Source: Eubacteriales bacterium
GTDB taxonomy: Bacteria > Bacillota > Clostridia > Oscillospirales > CAG-272
Reading direction: 5' to 3'
NCBI GenBank assembly: GCA_045636085.1
Contig: JAZTWU010000122.1
Location: 1-61,328 of the forward strand
Length of the DNA stretch: 61,328 nucleotides
In this document: in pieces, positions 33,907-43,994 of the stretch
Position numbering within the stretch: the stretch's first letter is position 1
Layout: every line of letters starts with the position of its first letter
Notes under the pieces: model-generated
The model's input: only the letters and a program-made list of their open reading frames with translations
The model's database searches: none
What the model was told of the DNA's origin: nothing
Position numbers and translations under genes: made by a program

Positions 33907-35997
33907 ATGGCAAATCGCGAGGAATTTCTTCCCGTCTCGATGCAGGATATGCGCGCACGCGCCTGGAGTGAGGCGGATTTCGTTTTTGTAACGGGTGATG
34001 CTTATGTGGATCATCCGTCCTTTGGCGTTGCGATTATCAGCCGCGTTCTGGAGGCGGCAGGCTTCCGCGTTGCCATTCTTTCTCAGCCCGATTATAAGAG
34101 CTGTGAGGATTTTCGCCGCTTTGGCCGCCCGCGCCTCGGCTTTCTCGTCACGGCGGGAAATATCGATTCGATGGTCGCGCATTACACGGTTTCAAAGAAA
34201 AAGCGCTCCTCGGATTATTATAGCCCCGGTGGCAAAATGGGGCGCCGCCCCGATCGCGCGGCCATCGTGTATTGCAACCGCATCCGCGAGGCGTACGGAG
34301 ATATTCCGATCATTCTCGGCGGCCTTGAGGCCTCTCTTCGCCGCTTTGCGCATTACGATTATTGGGATGATCGCGTGCGCCGCAGTATTCTCGTGGATAG
34401 CCGCGCAGATCTTCTGACCTATGGTATGGGAGAAAATATTCTCCTTCGCATCGCGGCGCTTCTGGATAAGGGGGTTCCGATCAAAAAAATCCGTGATGTA
34501 CGCGGAAGCGTGTATCTTTGTAAAAGAGACGAGCCTGTCTTCTTCGAGAGTGTGCAGGTCGGAGAATATGATGATCTGAAGAGCGATAAGGCGGCCTATG
34601 CCGCCGCGTTTGCGGTGCAATACCGAAACACGGATTCCGTGCGGGGGCGTGCCGTGATCGAATACTACGGCGATAAGATGCTCGTGCAGAATCCCCCGAT
34701 GCCCCCGCTTTCCAGAGAAGAGCTGGATCGTGTGTATGCCTTGCCGTATACGCGCGAATACCATCCCGATTACGAGGCGGAGGGCGGCGTTCCCGCCATT
34801 GCGGAGGTGAAGCATTCCATCATTCATAACCGCGGTTGCTTCGGTGCCTGCAACTTCTGTGCCATTGCCTTCCATCAGGGGCGCGAGGTTCGCTCCCGCA
34901 GTATCGGAAGCGTGGTGGCTGAGGCGAAAAAGATTGCCGCAATGAAGGACTTTAAGGGCTATATCAACGACGTTGGCGGCCCAACGGCGAATTTCCGCTA
35001 TCCCTCCTGCGCACAGCAGGAGAAAAACGGTATGTGTGAGCGCAGAAAGTGCCTTGCCCCAACGCCCTGCAAAAATCTTCTGGTGGATCATTCCGAGTAT
35101 GCACGGCTTCTTTCGGAGGTAGAGGCCGTTGCGGGCGTGAAGAAGGTCTTCGTGCGCTCGGGCATCCGGTTTGATTACCTTCTTTATGATAAGGACCCCT
35201 CGTTTTTCCGCCGCCTTGTCGAGCACCACACCTCGGGTCAGCTGAAGGTTGCCCCCGAGCATTGCTCGGACGGCGCTCTGGCGATGATGGGCAAGCCGCC
35301 CATCGAGGTTTTTGAAAAATTCAAGAGCAAATTCTTCTCGCTCTGCAAGGATGCGGGGCTGGAGCAGTATCTCGTTCCGTATCTGATGTCCTCACATCCC
35401 GGCGCAACGCTGGCGGATGCCGTGGAAATGGCGCTCTGGCTCAAAAAATGGGGCTATTCGCCTGAGCAGGTGCAGGATTTTTATCCCACCCCCGGAACGA
35501 TCTCCACGGTGATGTATTATACGGGTATCCACCCGATGACGGGCAAGCGCGTTCCCGTCACGACCGATTATCACGAAAAACAGCTGCAACGCGCGCTTTT
35601 GCAGTTTAAGCGGCCTGAAAACGCCAACCTCGTCCGCGAGGCGCTTCGCCTTGCAGGCAGGGAGGATCTGATCGGAACGGGGGCGGAATGCCTCGTTCGT
35701 CCCGCCTTTGGTAAGGAGGGGAGAAACGGTGCATACGAGCGCCCTGCCGCAAGAGGCGCGCAGGCAAAGCGCACGGGAGCACACGGCGCGTCCGCACATT
35801 CCCGCAAGCCCTCTGCCGTGCAGTCACCGTATGCGGATGCGAAAAAGAAGCAGAAAAAGCTTACGCGCGTTTTCGGCGCGGATACGGAGCGGATTTTGCG
35901 CGAGGCGGAGCGCCTCAGCGGCGGTCAAAAAAGAAAAAATGCGCCCTCCTCCAAGGGGAAAGAAAAAAGTGCACAAAGAAAGCGCACGGGGCGCTGA
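33907..35997 (+). CDS. ygiQ: YgiQ family radical SAM protein
   Basis: N-terminus FVFVTGDAYVDHPSFGVAII and cluster motif CFGACNFC. Basic C-terminal tail. Start at the ATG 33907 rather than the track ORF start at 33721. Confidence 0.85.
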   Translation: MANREEFLPVSMQDMRARAWSEADFVFVTGDAYVDHPSFGVAIISRVLEAAGFRVAILSQPDYKSCEDFRRFGRPRLGFLVTAGNIDSMVAHYTVSKKKRSSDYYSPGGKMGRRPDRAAIVYCNRIREAYGDIPIILGGLEASLRRFAHYDYWDDRVRRSILVDSRADLLTYGMGENILLRIAALLDKGVPIKKIRDVRGSVYLCKRDEPVFFESVQVGEYDDLKSDKAAYAAAFAVQYRNTDSVRGRAVIEYYGDKMLVQNPPMPPLSREELDRVYALPYTREYHPDYEAEGGVPAIAEVKHSIIHNRGCFGACNFCAIAFHQGREVRSRSIGSVVAEAKKIAAMKDFKGYINDVGGPTANFRYPSCAQQEKNGMCERRKCLAPTPCKNLLVDHSEYARLLSEVEAVAGVKKVFVRSGIRFDYLLYDKDPSFFRRLVEHHTSGQLKVAPEHCSDGALAMMGKPPIEVFEKFKSKFFSLCKDAGLEQYLVPYLMSSHPGATLADAVEMALWLKKWGYSPEQVQDFYPTPGTISTVMYYTGIHPMTGKRVPVTTDYHEKQLQRALLQFKRPENANLVREALRLAGREDLIGTGAECLVRPAFGKEGRNGAYERPAARGAQAKRTGAHGASAHSRKPSAVQSPYADAKKKQKKLTRVFGADTERILREAERLSGGQKRKNAPSSKGKEKSAQRKRTGR

Positions 35998-36160
35998 GAG
36001 CCTTTCGTGAAAAACGCCCAAAAACGAAAAACGCAAAATCTTCGTACAAAATACGCCGCTCAAAAGCCCCAAAAAACGAGGCAGTACGGCGGTGCGCGAA
36101 AAAAAGCGTTTTTTCTGAAAATGTGCGTTTTTGATGTAAAAGTGCGGAAAAAGAAAGGTT

Positions 36161-36287
36161 GAGTTTTCCACAGTCTCCACAATCGCGGTTGTGGAAAACT
36201 CAGGAATTTTTTACCAAACCTTCCGAGAATGAAGGGGTTGTCCGCCTTGTTTTCCACATTTTCCACACCGAACATTGTGGAAAACTC
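36161..36287. promoter_or_regulatory. cluster of five perfect TTTTCCACA (DnaA-box-like) 9-mers plus one degenerate copy
   Basis: Plus-strand copies at 36164-72, 36250-58 and 36259-67; minus-strand copies at 36190-98 and 36276-84. Degenerate GTCTCCACA at 36173-81. The 12-mer GAGTTTTCCACA occurs three times. Confidence 0.6.
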
Positions 36288-36451
36288 ATTTTTTTGATTT
36301 TTTTTGAAAACCCTCTTGACATTCGGGAAAAGTGCAATTCGAGCGACCCGCCGTTGCTCCGATTTTAGGAGAAGAGAAGAGGGTAAAAATGCATTTGCGA
36401 ATAATTGATTCGCATAAAATACGATTTTGAGATCAACGAAGGAAAAAAGCG

Positions 36452-38896
36452 ATGCAAATGAAGACAGAGGATAAAAAAGAGCGCTTTCTCGCGGCAAAAC
36501 GCCGCCTTTTTGATAAGGTGTACGGCGCGCGGCTGAATGAGAAGCAAAGAGAAGCGGTTTTTCACGCAAAGGGGCCGCTTCTGGTGCTTGCGGGCGCGGG
36601 AAGCGGAAAGACGACGGTGCTCGTCAACCGCATTTCCTACCTCATTAAATATGGCGATGCGTATCACACCGATCGCATCCCCGAGAGCGTTAGTCTGGAT
36701 ATGACGGATGCCTTGGAGGCCGCGCTGGAAAGCAGTCCCGAGGAGATTGCGCAGATCCTTCCCGAGTTTATCTCGGATCCCTGCCCGCCTTGGGCGCTTC
36801 TGGCCTTCACCTTCACGAATAAGGCCGCAAGGGAGATTCGCGAAAGACTGGAGCGCGTTTTCCCCGATCCCGAGGTTTCCGCCTCGGTATGGACGGGAAC
36901 CTTCCATTCGATTTGCCTTCGTATTCTGCGCAAGTATGCAGAGCTTCTCGGCTACCAGCCGGGCTTTTCCATCTATGATGCCGACGATCAGAAGCGCCTG
37001 ATCTCCGTTTGCATGAAGGAGCTCTCCATCGATGAGAAGAGCCTTGCCGCCAAGGCGGTTGCATCCGCGATCAGCCGTGCCAAGGATCGGCTGGAGGATC
37101 CCGATGCCTTTCAGATCGATCGCGATCCGCGCACCAAGAGCATCCGCGAGATCTACCGTCTCTATCAGAAGAAGCTCAAGGAATATAATGCGATGGATTT
37201 CGACGATATTATTATGCAAACCGTTCGCATCCTTGAGAATTTTGAGGAGCCCCGCCTTTATTACCAGCGCAAGTTCCGCTATGTGCTCGTGGATGAGTAT
37301 CAGGACACGAACTATGCGCAGTTCGTTTTAACGAAGCTTCTCTCTGACAGAGAGAGAAATCTGATGGTCGTTGGAGACGACGATCAGAGTATTTATAAAT
37401 TCCGCGGCGCAACGATCGAGAATATTCTGAATTTTGATACGACCTATCCCGATGCCTTCGTGGTGAAGCTGGAGCAGAACTACCGCTCCACGGAGAACAT
37501 TCTGAACGCTGCAAACGCGATCATCTCGCATAACTCGGATCGCCACGCAAAGAAGCTTTGGTCAGATAAGGGCGCAGGAGAGCGCATCGTGATCAAGGAG
37601 GCCGCCGATCAGATTGACGAGGGCCGCTATATCATCGAAACGATCACGAAGCACCGTCTGGAAAACGGCAAAAAATACAGCGATTATGCGATTCTTTACC
37701 GTGTGAACGAGCTGGCGCGCTCGCTGGAGACGACCTTCACCAAGAGCGGTATTCCGTATCGTATTCTCGGCGGTCAGCGCTTCTATGACCGCAAGGAAAT
37801 CCGGGATATGCTTGCATATCTCTCGGTTTGCGCCACGCCGAGGGACGATCTTCGCCTGAATCGCATCATCAACGAGCCAAAGCGCGGCATCGGTGCGGTG
37901 GCGGTGGAGACTGTCGAGCAGCTGGGGCGCGAAAACGGCCTTTCGATGTATGAGGTAATGAAGAAGGCCGAGAGCTTCACCGCACTTGGCCGCGCAGGAA
38001 CGAAGCTTGCACAGTTCGTTACGGATATTGAAAGAATCAAGGAGGGCAAGGAGCTTCCCTCCGAGCTTCTCACGGCGCTTTTTGAGGAAACCGGCTATCG
38101 CAAGATGCTGGAGGCCGAGGGTTTTGAGGGCGAGGGAAGAATTGAGAATGTCAAGGAATTCGTCGCCGCCGCAACCGAATATGAGAAGCGCCAGAATGAA
38201 AACGGTGAGCCGATCACGCTCGCCGGCTTCCTTGAGGAAATTTCTCTTGTCAGCGATGTCGATAAATACGATGAAAACGCCGATGCCGTCGTGATGATGA
38301 CGATCCATTCGGCCAAGGGTCTTGAGTTCCCTGTGGTATTCCTTGCGGGCATGGAGGATGGCATCTTCCCCTCGCAATCCAATATGAGCGAGCCCGAGCA
38401 AATGAGCGAGGAGCGCAGACTTTGCTATGTTGCAATCACCCGCGCCAAGGAGCAGCTCTTTATTTCCTATGCGAAAAACCGTATGATGTACGGCAGAACG
38501 GCTTACGGCAGTCTTTCCTGCTTCATTCGGGACGAGGTGCCCGAGGAGCTGACGGTGAGACCGAAGCCCCGCGTGATTCCTCCGCGCGGTGCCGTTGGTG
38601 TCGGCGGCGGATATGCGCCCCGTCGTCCTGCGGGTGTCGGCACGGCGCCGATCGGCGTCGGCTATGGCGGCATCGGGCAGAAGCCCTTCGGCGGTGCGCC
38701 GAAGCCCAAGGCCGAGCCGAAAAGCTTCGGCGTTCAGAAATTCCCCGTCGGCACGCGCGTGCACCATACGGCCTTTGGCGAGGGCGAGATCATTTTAGCC
38801 AAGGATATGGGCGGCGACGTTCTGTATCAGGTGCGGTTTGATAACGGCGTGGAGAAAAAGCTGATGGCCACCTTTGCCAAGCTGAAGAAGCTGTGA
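36452..38896 (+). CDS. pcrA: ATP-dependent DNA helicase PcrA (UvrD family)
   Basis: GAGSGKT, DEYQDTN and TIHSAKGLEFPVVF motifs. Gly-rich linker and a C-terminal Tudor-like segment (VGTRVHHTAFGEGEI). Confidence 0.9.
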   Translation: MQMKTEDKKERFLAAKRRLFDKVYGARLNEKQREAVFHAKGPLLVLAGAGSGKTTVLVNRISYLIKYGDAYHTDRIPESVSLDMTDALEAALESSPEEIAQILPEFISDPCPPWALLAFTFTNKAAREIRERLERVFPDPEVSASVWTGTFHSICLRILRKYAELLGYQPGFSIYDADDQKRLISVCMKELSIDEKSLAAKAVASAISRAKDRLEDPDAFQIDRDPRTKSIREIYRLYQKKLKEYNAMDFDDIIMQTVRILENFEEPRLYYQRKFRYVLVDEYQDTNYAQFVLTKLLSDRERNLMVVGDDDQSIYKFRGATIENILNFDTTYPDAFVVKLEQNYRSTENILNAANAIISHNSDRHAKKLWSDKGAGERIVIKEAADQIDEGRYIIETITKHRLENGKKYSDYAILYRVNELARSLETTFTKSGIPYRILGGQRFYDRKEIRDMLAYLSVCATPRDDLRLNRIINEPKRGIGAVAVETVEQLGRENGLSMYEVMKKAESFTALGRAGTKLAQFVTDIERIKEGKELPSELLTALFEETGYRKMLEAEGFEGEGRIENVKEFVAAATEYEKRQNENGEPITLAGFLEEISLVSDVDKYDENADAVVMMTIHSAKGLEFPVVFLAGMEDGIFPSQSNMSEPEQMSEERRLCYVAITRAKEQLFISYAKNRMMYGRTAYGSLSCFIRDEVPEELTVRPKPRVIPPRGAVGVGGGYAPRRPAGVGTAPIGVGYGGIGQKPFGGAPKPKAEPKSFGVQKFPVGTRVHHTAFGEGEIILAKDMGGDVLYQVRFDNGVEKKLMATFAKLKKL

Positions 38897-38906
38897 GGAA
38901 AAGAAA

Positions 38907-39566
38907 ATGAAGATCAAGGCTTGTATATTTGATCTGGACGGAACGCTTCTGAATACGCTTGGCACGATCACGCATTACCTGAACCGAGCGCTTGCAAGCG
39001 TTTGCGGCTCGCAGGTCTCGGAGCAGGAATGCCGCAGGATGGTCGGAAAGGGCGCAAGAAATCTTCTTGCCCGTGCCCTCGAGGCAGTAGGTGCCTCGGT
39101 TTCGGATTTTGAGGCGTTCTTCTCGGCATATGATGCAAATTATAATGCCGCGCCCGATTATCTCACGGAGCCGTATGCGGGCATCCCCGAGGTCGTGGAG
39201 AAGATTGCGCGTGCAGGTGTGCGCATTGCCGTTCTTTCCAATAAGCCGGAGGGCGCCGTGCGTCCCTTGGTGGAGAAATTCTTCGGAGATCGCATCCCGA
39301 TCGTCGCAGGAGGAAAGGCGGGCGTACCGCTGAAGCCGAACCCTGCCGCTGTGGTGCCGATCCTTGAGGCGCTCGGCGTTGATGCCTCGGAAACCGCCTT
39401 TATCGGCGATAGCGGCGAGGATATCGAGACCGCGAAAAACTACGGTGCGGGGCTTTCCGTCGGCGTTCTCTGGGGATATAGAGACGAAGCGGAGCTTTGC
39501 GAAAGGGGCGCGGATTTTCTTGCAAAAGCGCCTGCCGATATTCTTGCGGCACTTGAAATTTTCTAA
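38907..39566 (+). CDS. HAD-superfamily hydrolase (phosphoglycolate phosphatase-like)
   Basis: DLDGTLLNT motif I, SNK motif II and GDSGEDI motif IV. Confidence 0.8.
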   Translation: MKIKACIFDLDGTLLNTLGTITHYLNRALASVCGSQVSEQECRRMVGKGARNLLARALEAVGASVSDFEAFFSAYDANYNAAPDYLTEPYAGIPEVVEKIARAGVRIAVLSNKPEGAVRPLVEKFFGDRIPIVAGGKAGVPLKPNPAAVVPILEALGVDASETAFIGDSGEDIETAKNYGAGLSVGVLWGYRDEAELCERGADFLAKAPADILAALEIF

Positions 39567-39650
39567 GCAAAAAACGCTTTTGCATTTTTTTGAAAACAAA
39601 AAAATATAAGAAAACAAAGATTTTGTTCTTTAATGGAACATCGGAATATG

Positions 39651-39691
39651 AAAAAAGCGGAGGCCTCGTTTTTTGAGGTCTCCGCTTTTTA
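39651..39691. terminator. bidirectional intrinsic terminator
   Basis: AGCGGAGGCCTC-gtttttt-GAGGTCTCCGCT with one mismatch, flanked by an A-run and a T-run. Confidence 0.65.
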
Positions 39692-39697
39692 TAAGGC

Positions 39698-40453
39698 TTA
39701 AACGAATTTTTCAATCTGCGCATTGAGCTTTCCTTTTTTGGAAAGAGAAGCAACGCCGAGGTAGATAAATCTGCCCTTGGTGCGAACGCTGATGCGCTCA
39801 CCCGCCTTGGGGGTATAGGACGGGGAATCGATCTGCACGCCGTCGGCAAAAACGAGGGATTTCAGAAAATATCCCTGCGCCTCCTCTCTGGAAAGAGAGA
39901 AGACCTTTGCAACGATAGCGTCCAGTCGCTCGCTTTGGATCTGAACGGTCACGCTCTGCGTGCGAAAAAGCTTTCCCTCGGGGATGCTTTCCGCGATCTC
40001 TGCGGTGACGGCCGTATGGCGCACCTCCGTGAGCGAGGAGAGAATATGCGCGGCCATCTTTTCCTCGCAGAAAAGATATCCCTCGTTTTCAAAGATAGCA
40101 ATATCACCGAGCATCTCGCGCTTGAGCCCGAGAGACATCAAAGCGCCGAGAAAATCGCGGTGCGTCAGCTGATCTGCGAATTTTTGGGATTTGGGCGCGA
40201 TTTTTAAGCAAACGATGGGGAAGGGCTCCTCCCATCCGAGAAGCTCGGGATCGCCGAAGCGCGCCATCACGCGCTCACACCCCTCTATACCGCCGAAAAG
40301 CGTGATATGCGAGGCGGGAGTGCCCTTCGTTACCCTGCGAAGCACCGTTTGCTCCGCGAGACCGAGAAAGTCCGTGAAGGTGAAGAGGTCGCGCTCAAAG
40401 CTCTTTTGGCAGAGCTCGGCGAGTCGCCCCTCCAGAAGCGCCTCCTCGTTCAT
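39698..40453 (-). CDS. ylmH: YlmH-like RNA-binding protein (S4 domain)
   Basis: 251 aa with the typical N-terminus (FTDFLGLAEQ) and a C-terminal S4-like segment. Confidence 0.7.
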   Translation of the reverse strand: MNEEALLEGRLAELCQKSFERDLFTFTDFLGLAEQTVLRRVTKGTPASHITLFGGIEGCERVMARFGDPELLGWEEPFPIVCLKIAPKSQKFADQLTHRDFLGALMSLGLKREMLGDIAIFENEGYLFCEEKMAAHILSSLTEVRHTAVTAEIAESIPEGKLFRTQSVTVQIQSERLDAIVAKVFSLSREEAQGYFLKSLVFADGVQIDSPSYTPKAGERISVRTKGRFIYLGVASLSKKGKLNAQIEKFV

Positions 40454-41202
40454 CAGATCATCATATCCACGGGGAAGAGGATCTTCAGCTGGTTCACGCG
40501 GCTCTCGTAAGCCTTCTGCTGCTTCTGGGAAAGAAGCTGCTGGCTGAGTCTGCCCTTGATGGCTTCAAGCGCAATGCTTTCGCCTTCCTTCTTCTCGTTG
40601 AGACGGATCAGGTGGTAGCCAAACTGCGTCTGGACGGGCTCCTTCGTGATCTCTCCGATCTCCATTGCGAAAACAGCCGCATCAAATTCGGGAACCATCT
40701 GGCCTCTGCCGAAATCGCCGAGCGAGCCGCCGTTTTCCTTGGAGGGGCAGGAGGAATATTCCTTTGCCGCATCTTCAAAGCTCAGCGCGCCGCTTTCGAT
40801 CTTTGCAAGGATCTCCTTTGCCTTCTCCTCGGAATCCACGAGGATGTGGCTTGCGTTTACGGTTGCGGGAGAAACGAATTTTTCCTTATTCTCGTTATAA
40901 TAGTCCTCAACCTCTTTGTCCGTGATGCGAACGCCGCCGATCACCTTTTCGAGTGCGTAGTTTGCAAGCAGGCCCTCCTTGGCCTTCTTGAGCTGCTCCT
41001 TGAAGGCAGGCTCCGCCTCGTAGAGGTTCTTCTGTGCATCAAGAAGCAGAAGCTTCTGTGCCACAAGCTCGCCAACCACGGCCTTGTGTCCCTCGGGATT
41101 GTCGTAAGCCTGTCCATTCTGGCCCATTCCGCGAAGGAATGCGGAAACGTCCGCATCGGTGATCGGCAAACCGTTAACGGTTGCTAAAACTTTCTCGTTC
41201 AT
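40453..41202 (-). CDS. parvulin-type peptidyl-prolyl isomerase (PrsA/SurA-like)
   Basis: ASHILV...GGSLGDFGRGQMVPEFD...FGYHLIRL rotamase core. No obvious signal peptide. Confidence 0.8.
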   Translation of the reverse strand: MNEKVLATVNGLPITDADVSAFLRGMGQNGQAYDNPEGHKAVVGELVAQKLLLLDAQKNLYEAEPAFKEQLKKAKEGLLANYALEKVIGGVRITDKEVEDYYNENKEKFVSPATVNASHILVDSEEKAKEILAKIESGALSFEDAAKEYSSCPSKENGGSLGDFGRGQMVPEFDAAVFAMEIGEITKEPVQTQFGYHLIRLNEKKEGESIALEAIKGRLSQQLLSQKQQKAYESRVNQLKILFPVDMMI

Positions 41203-41260
41203 AGTGTAAAACTCCTGTTTTGTAAATATTTATTTTCAATTATTGAAAAACAAAAGAAGA

Positions 41261-42613
41261 TTAAGGGTTGCGAAGCCCCTTGGGATAATGGTTTTTGAGG
41301 CGCCCGTTTGCGACCTTTGCGCCGCCGAGAGAGATGCCGTTATAGAAAACGGCGGCATAGCCCTGCCCCTCGCTTGCGGCAAGCTCCTCACCGCGCAGAT
41401 AGCGTGCGGCCTCCGCATCGGAAAGCGGGATCTTGGTGAAAAAGCATTCGCCGAGCGCGCTGAAAAGCTGATGGTGCGGAATCAGCCGCCCCTTTGCGAT
41501 TTCGCCGAGGCAAACGCCGCTGAGAAAAACCGAGCGTGGCGGAATCGCCTCTCCTTCCTTCAGTATGGAAATGCGATCGCCAACGCGGCGAATGCAAAGT
41601 CCCTTCGGGAGATTCAAATGCGATTTGATAAAGTCCTCCGCCACCTTCGCTTCATCCTTCTTTAAGGGCTCGGAAGCATCTTTGTAAAGGATTGTTGGTA
41701 AATCACTCGTTTTTCTTTGCATCAAAGCGACAAACTGCCCCTCGCCCTTGGAAATCTGCGGATAAAACCTGCGGCAATAATGCAGAGGAATGTCCTCCGC
41801 ATCGGGAAGAAAAACGCCCGCCGCAGTGTAGGGGAGAATCTCGTCTTTGGTTTTGACCAGCGTATAGTCCGGATGCGTACGCAAAAACCAAACCACATTC
41901 TCCTCGTTTTCTTCCTTGGAGAAGGTGCAGGTGGAATAGAGCAGATAGCCACCGTCCTTCACGGTGGTGGCCGCATTTTCAAGAATTTCTCTTTGCCGCT
42001 CGGCACAGCGGCGCACGTTTTCCTCGCTCCATTCCTCGATCGCGGTCTCGTTTTTTCGGAACATACCCTCGCCGGAGCAGGGCGCATCCACAACGACGGC
42101 ATCAAAATAAGCGGAAAACCATTTTTTGTAGCTTGCCGTGTCCGTGGAGGTGACGATGGCACTTCTCACGCCGAGTCTTTCGAGGTTGCCAACAAGGATC
42201 TTCGCCCGAGAGGGAATGAATTCGTTGCAGAAGAGCATCCCCTCCTCGCTGATTGCGGCGGCGATCTGCGCGGATTTTCCTCCGGGTGCTGCACAGAAAT
42301 CCGCAACCCGCATTCCTTTTTTCAGCGGCAGGGCGGCAACGGCGCTCATAGCGCCCGGATCCTGCACGTAAATGCCGCCGCTGTGGTGCAAGGGCGTTTG
42401 CCCGATGTGTGTCTCGTTGAAAATATAGCCGTCGGGATCATAGGCCAGCGGCGTGATGGGAAAGGGGCACAGCCGCTCTGCCTCGGCATCCATTGCCTTG
42501 ATGCGGTTGATGCGCAGGGCGCGCACGGGCTCTTCCTTCAATGCCGCGAGAAATTCCTCTGTCGCATCGCCGAGAAGCGCCTGCATTCGTTTTATAAAGG
42601 CTTCTGGGAGCAT
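41261..42613 (-). CDS. rRNA cytosine-C5 methyltransferase (RsmF/RsmB, NOL1/NOP2/Sun family)
   Basis: DFCAAPGGKS SAM motif, catalytic DAPCSGEGMFRK and STCT motifs. Confidence 0.85.
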   Translation of the reverse strand: MLPEAFIKRMQALLGDATEEFLAALKEEPVRALRINRIKAMDAEAERLCPFPITPLAYDPDGYIFNETHIGQTPLHHSGGIYVQDPGAMSAVAALPLKKGMRVADFCAAPGGKSAQIAAAISEEGMLFCNEFIPSRAKILVGNLERLGVRSAIVTSTDTASYKKWFSAYFDAVVVDAPCSGEGMFRKNETAIEEWSEENVRRCAERQREILENAATTVKDGGYLLYSTCTFSKEENEENVVWFLRTHPDYTLVKTKDEILPYTAAGVFLPDAEDIPLHYCRRFYPQISKGEGQFVALMQRKTSDLPTILYKDASEPLKKDEAKVAEDFIKSHLNLPKGLCIRRVGDRISILKEGEAIPPRSVFLSGVCLGEIAKGRLIPHHQLFSALGECFFTKIPLSDAEAARYLRGEELAASEGQGYAAVFYNGISLGGAKVANGRLKNHYPKGLRNP

Positions 42614-42644
42614 CGCTTGCTTTCCTTTCCTTGAAATTCAGAAT

Positions 42645-43848
42645 TTATTTTATAACGGTGAATGCCGAATCCGTGATGTGTGCATCCTCGAGATTGTATA
42701 GATAAGGCTCCTTGATGCCTGCCACCCTCACGTTCTCGATCACCAGTCCCTTGATCGGGCGCTCGGGAAGTCCGCAGATATAAACGCCGCGGCCCGCAAT
42801 CGTCTCTGCGCTGAGATTTTTCAGCGTGATGCCCTCTGCGAGAGGCGTTGTTTCGTCCACGGGGCGCTTTTCGTCTGCATCGAAATCGCCCTCTTCCTTT
42901 CCGTAAAAGCCGTCGATATAGATCGCACCTCTGTACCAGAGGCAGTCTCTGTGCTCAAGGCTCTCGTTTTTATGCGTGCAGTTTTCGTAAAGGATGTTTT
43001 TAACATAGCCGCCGCGCGGGCGGATGGGCTTGATGCTGACGATGCCGAAGGTGTTTTCGAAGCGGCAGTTGCGCACCGTTACATTCTCAACGCCGCCGCT
43101 CATTTCGCTTCCGATGGCAACGCCGAAGCCGCTGATGAAGCGGCAGTTTTCAATCAGAATATTCTTAGAAGGGATTCCGACTCTGCGCCCCTCGACATCG
43201 CGGCCGCTCTTGATGGCAATGCAGTCATCCTCGCTTCCGATGAGAGAGCTGCGCACCGTGACGTCCGAGCAGGAATCCAGATCGATTCCGTCGCCGTTAA
43301 ACATATCGCAGAGGTTTCCGTCCTCGTCGTATTTCGTGAAGATCTTTACATCCTCAAGAAGGACCTCGTTGCAATAGATCAGGTGCAGGCACCATGCGGG
43401 GGATTGGCGCACGGTCACACCGCGCACGGTCACGCCGCGCGTATTGCGCAGGCAAACGGCACGGCCGCGCTTTCCCTTGGCCTCGGCGCGCTCCGCTTCG
43501 TAAAGCGGCATACCGCCCGCATCGATCACGCCCTCGCCGAGAATGGAAATGTTTTCGTGCGGCGCGCTGTCCGTGTTGATCAGGGAAGTATAGCAGAGCG
43601 ATTCACAGCCCTCGTAGCGATAGGTCATCAGCGGAAAATGCGCAGGATCCTGCGCGGCGCAAAGGCGCGCCCTTTTCGAGGCGCAGGGTCATATTGCTTT
43701 TGAGAAAGAGAGCTCCCGAAAGAAATTTTCCCGCAGGGATCAGAACCTCGCCGCCCTTCGGGCAAAGATCGATGGCGCGCTGGATCTCTTTTGTGCAAAC
43801 GGTTTTTCCGTCCGAGACGGCACCGCAATCGGTGATAAGAACGGTCAT
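42645..43848 (-). pseudogene. glycoside hydrolase family 28 (polygalacturonase-like) interrupted by a frameshift
   Basis: The 81-aa N-terminal ORF ([25 protein letters not shown]...[14 protein letters not shown]) and the 327-aa ORF are contiguous after a 1-nt frame change in GGGCGCGCC at about 43663-43672. The downstream frame continues [20 protein letters not shown]. Confidence 0.7.
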
Positions 43849-43965
43849 TTGGGATCTCCCTTCTTAAAAAAGTGATTTATCCCGATGCGCATTTCGGCCT
43901 TGCTTTTTTGTCTTTGGGCATTCTTTCGCCGCGCGCACCAAAGCAATCCTTGATTCATTTATAAA

Positions 43966-43994
43966 AGTATACCATTGCGCGCGACTTTTGTCAA
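43966..43994 (-). promoter_or_regulatory. sigma-A type promoter facing the GH28 gene
   Basis: Minus strand reads TTGACA-17 nt-TATACT with a TGg extended -10. Confidence 0.6.

Noticed and set aside
35998-36451. Calling the DnaA-box cluster region the chromosomal origin (oriC).
   Set aside because: There is no dnaA or dnaN nearby. Genes on both sides (hisS, ygiQ, pcrA, HAD) are all on the plus strand, so there is no divergence of gene orientation. Only a full-genome GC-skew analysis could settle it. I kept the region as a DnaA-box cluster finding instead.
36060-36569. The 169-aa minus-strand and 69-aa plus-strand ORFs in the ygiQ-pcrA intergenic region.
   Set aside because: They have no RBS, low-complexity Phe/Lys-rich products, span the repeat and A/T-tract region, and run into the pcrA start. 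They are most likely non-coding.
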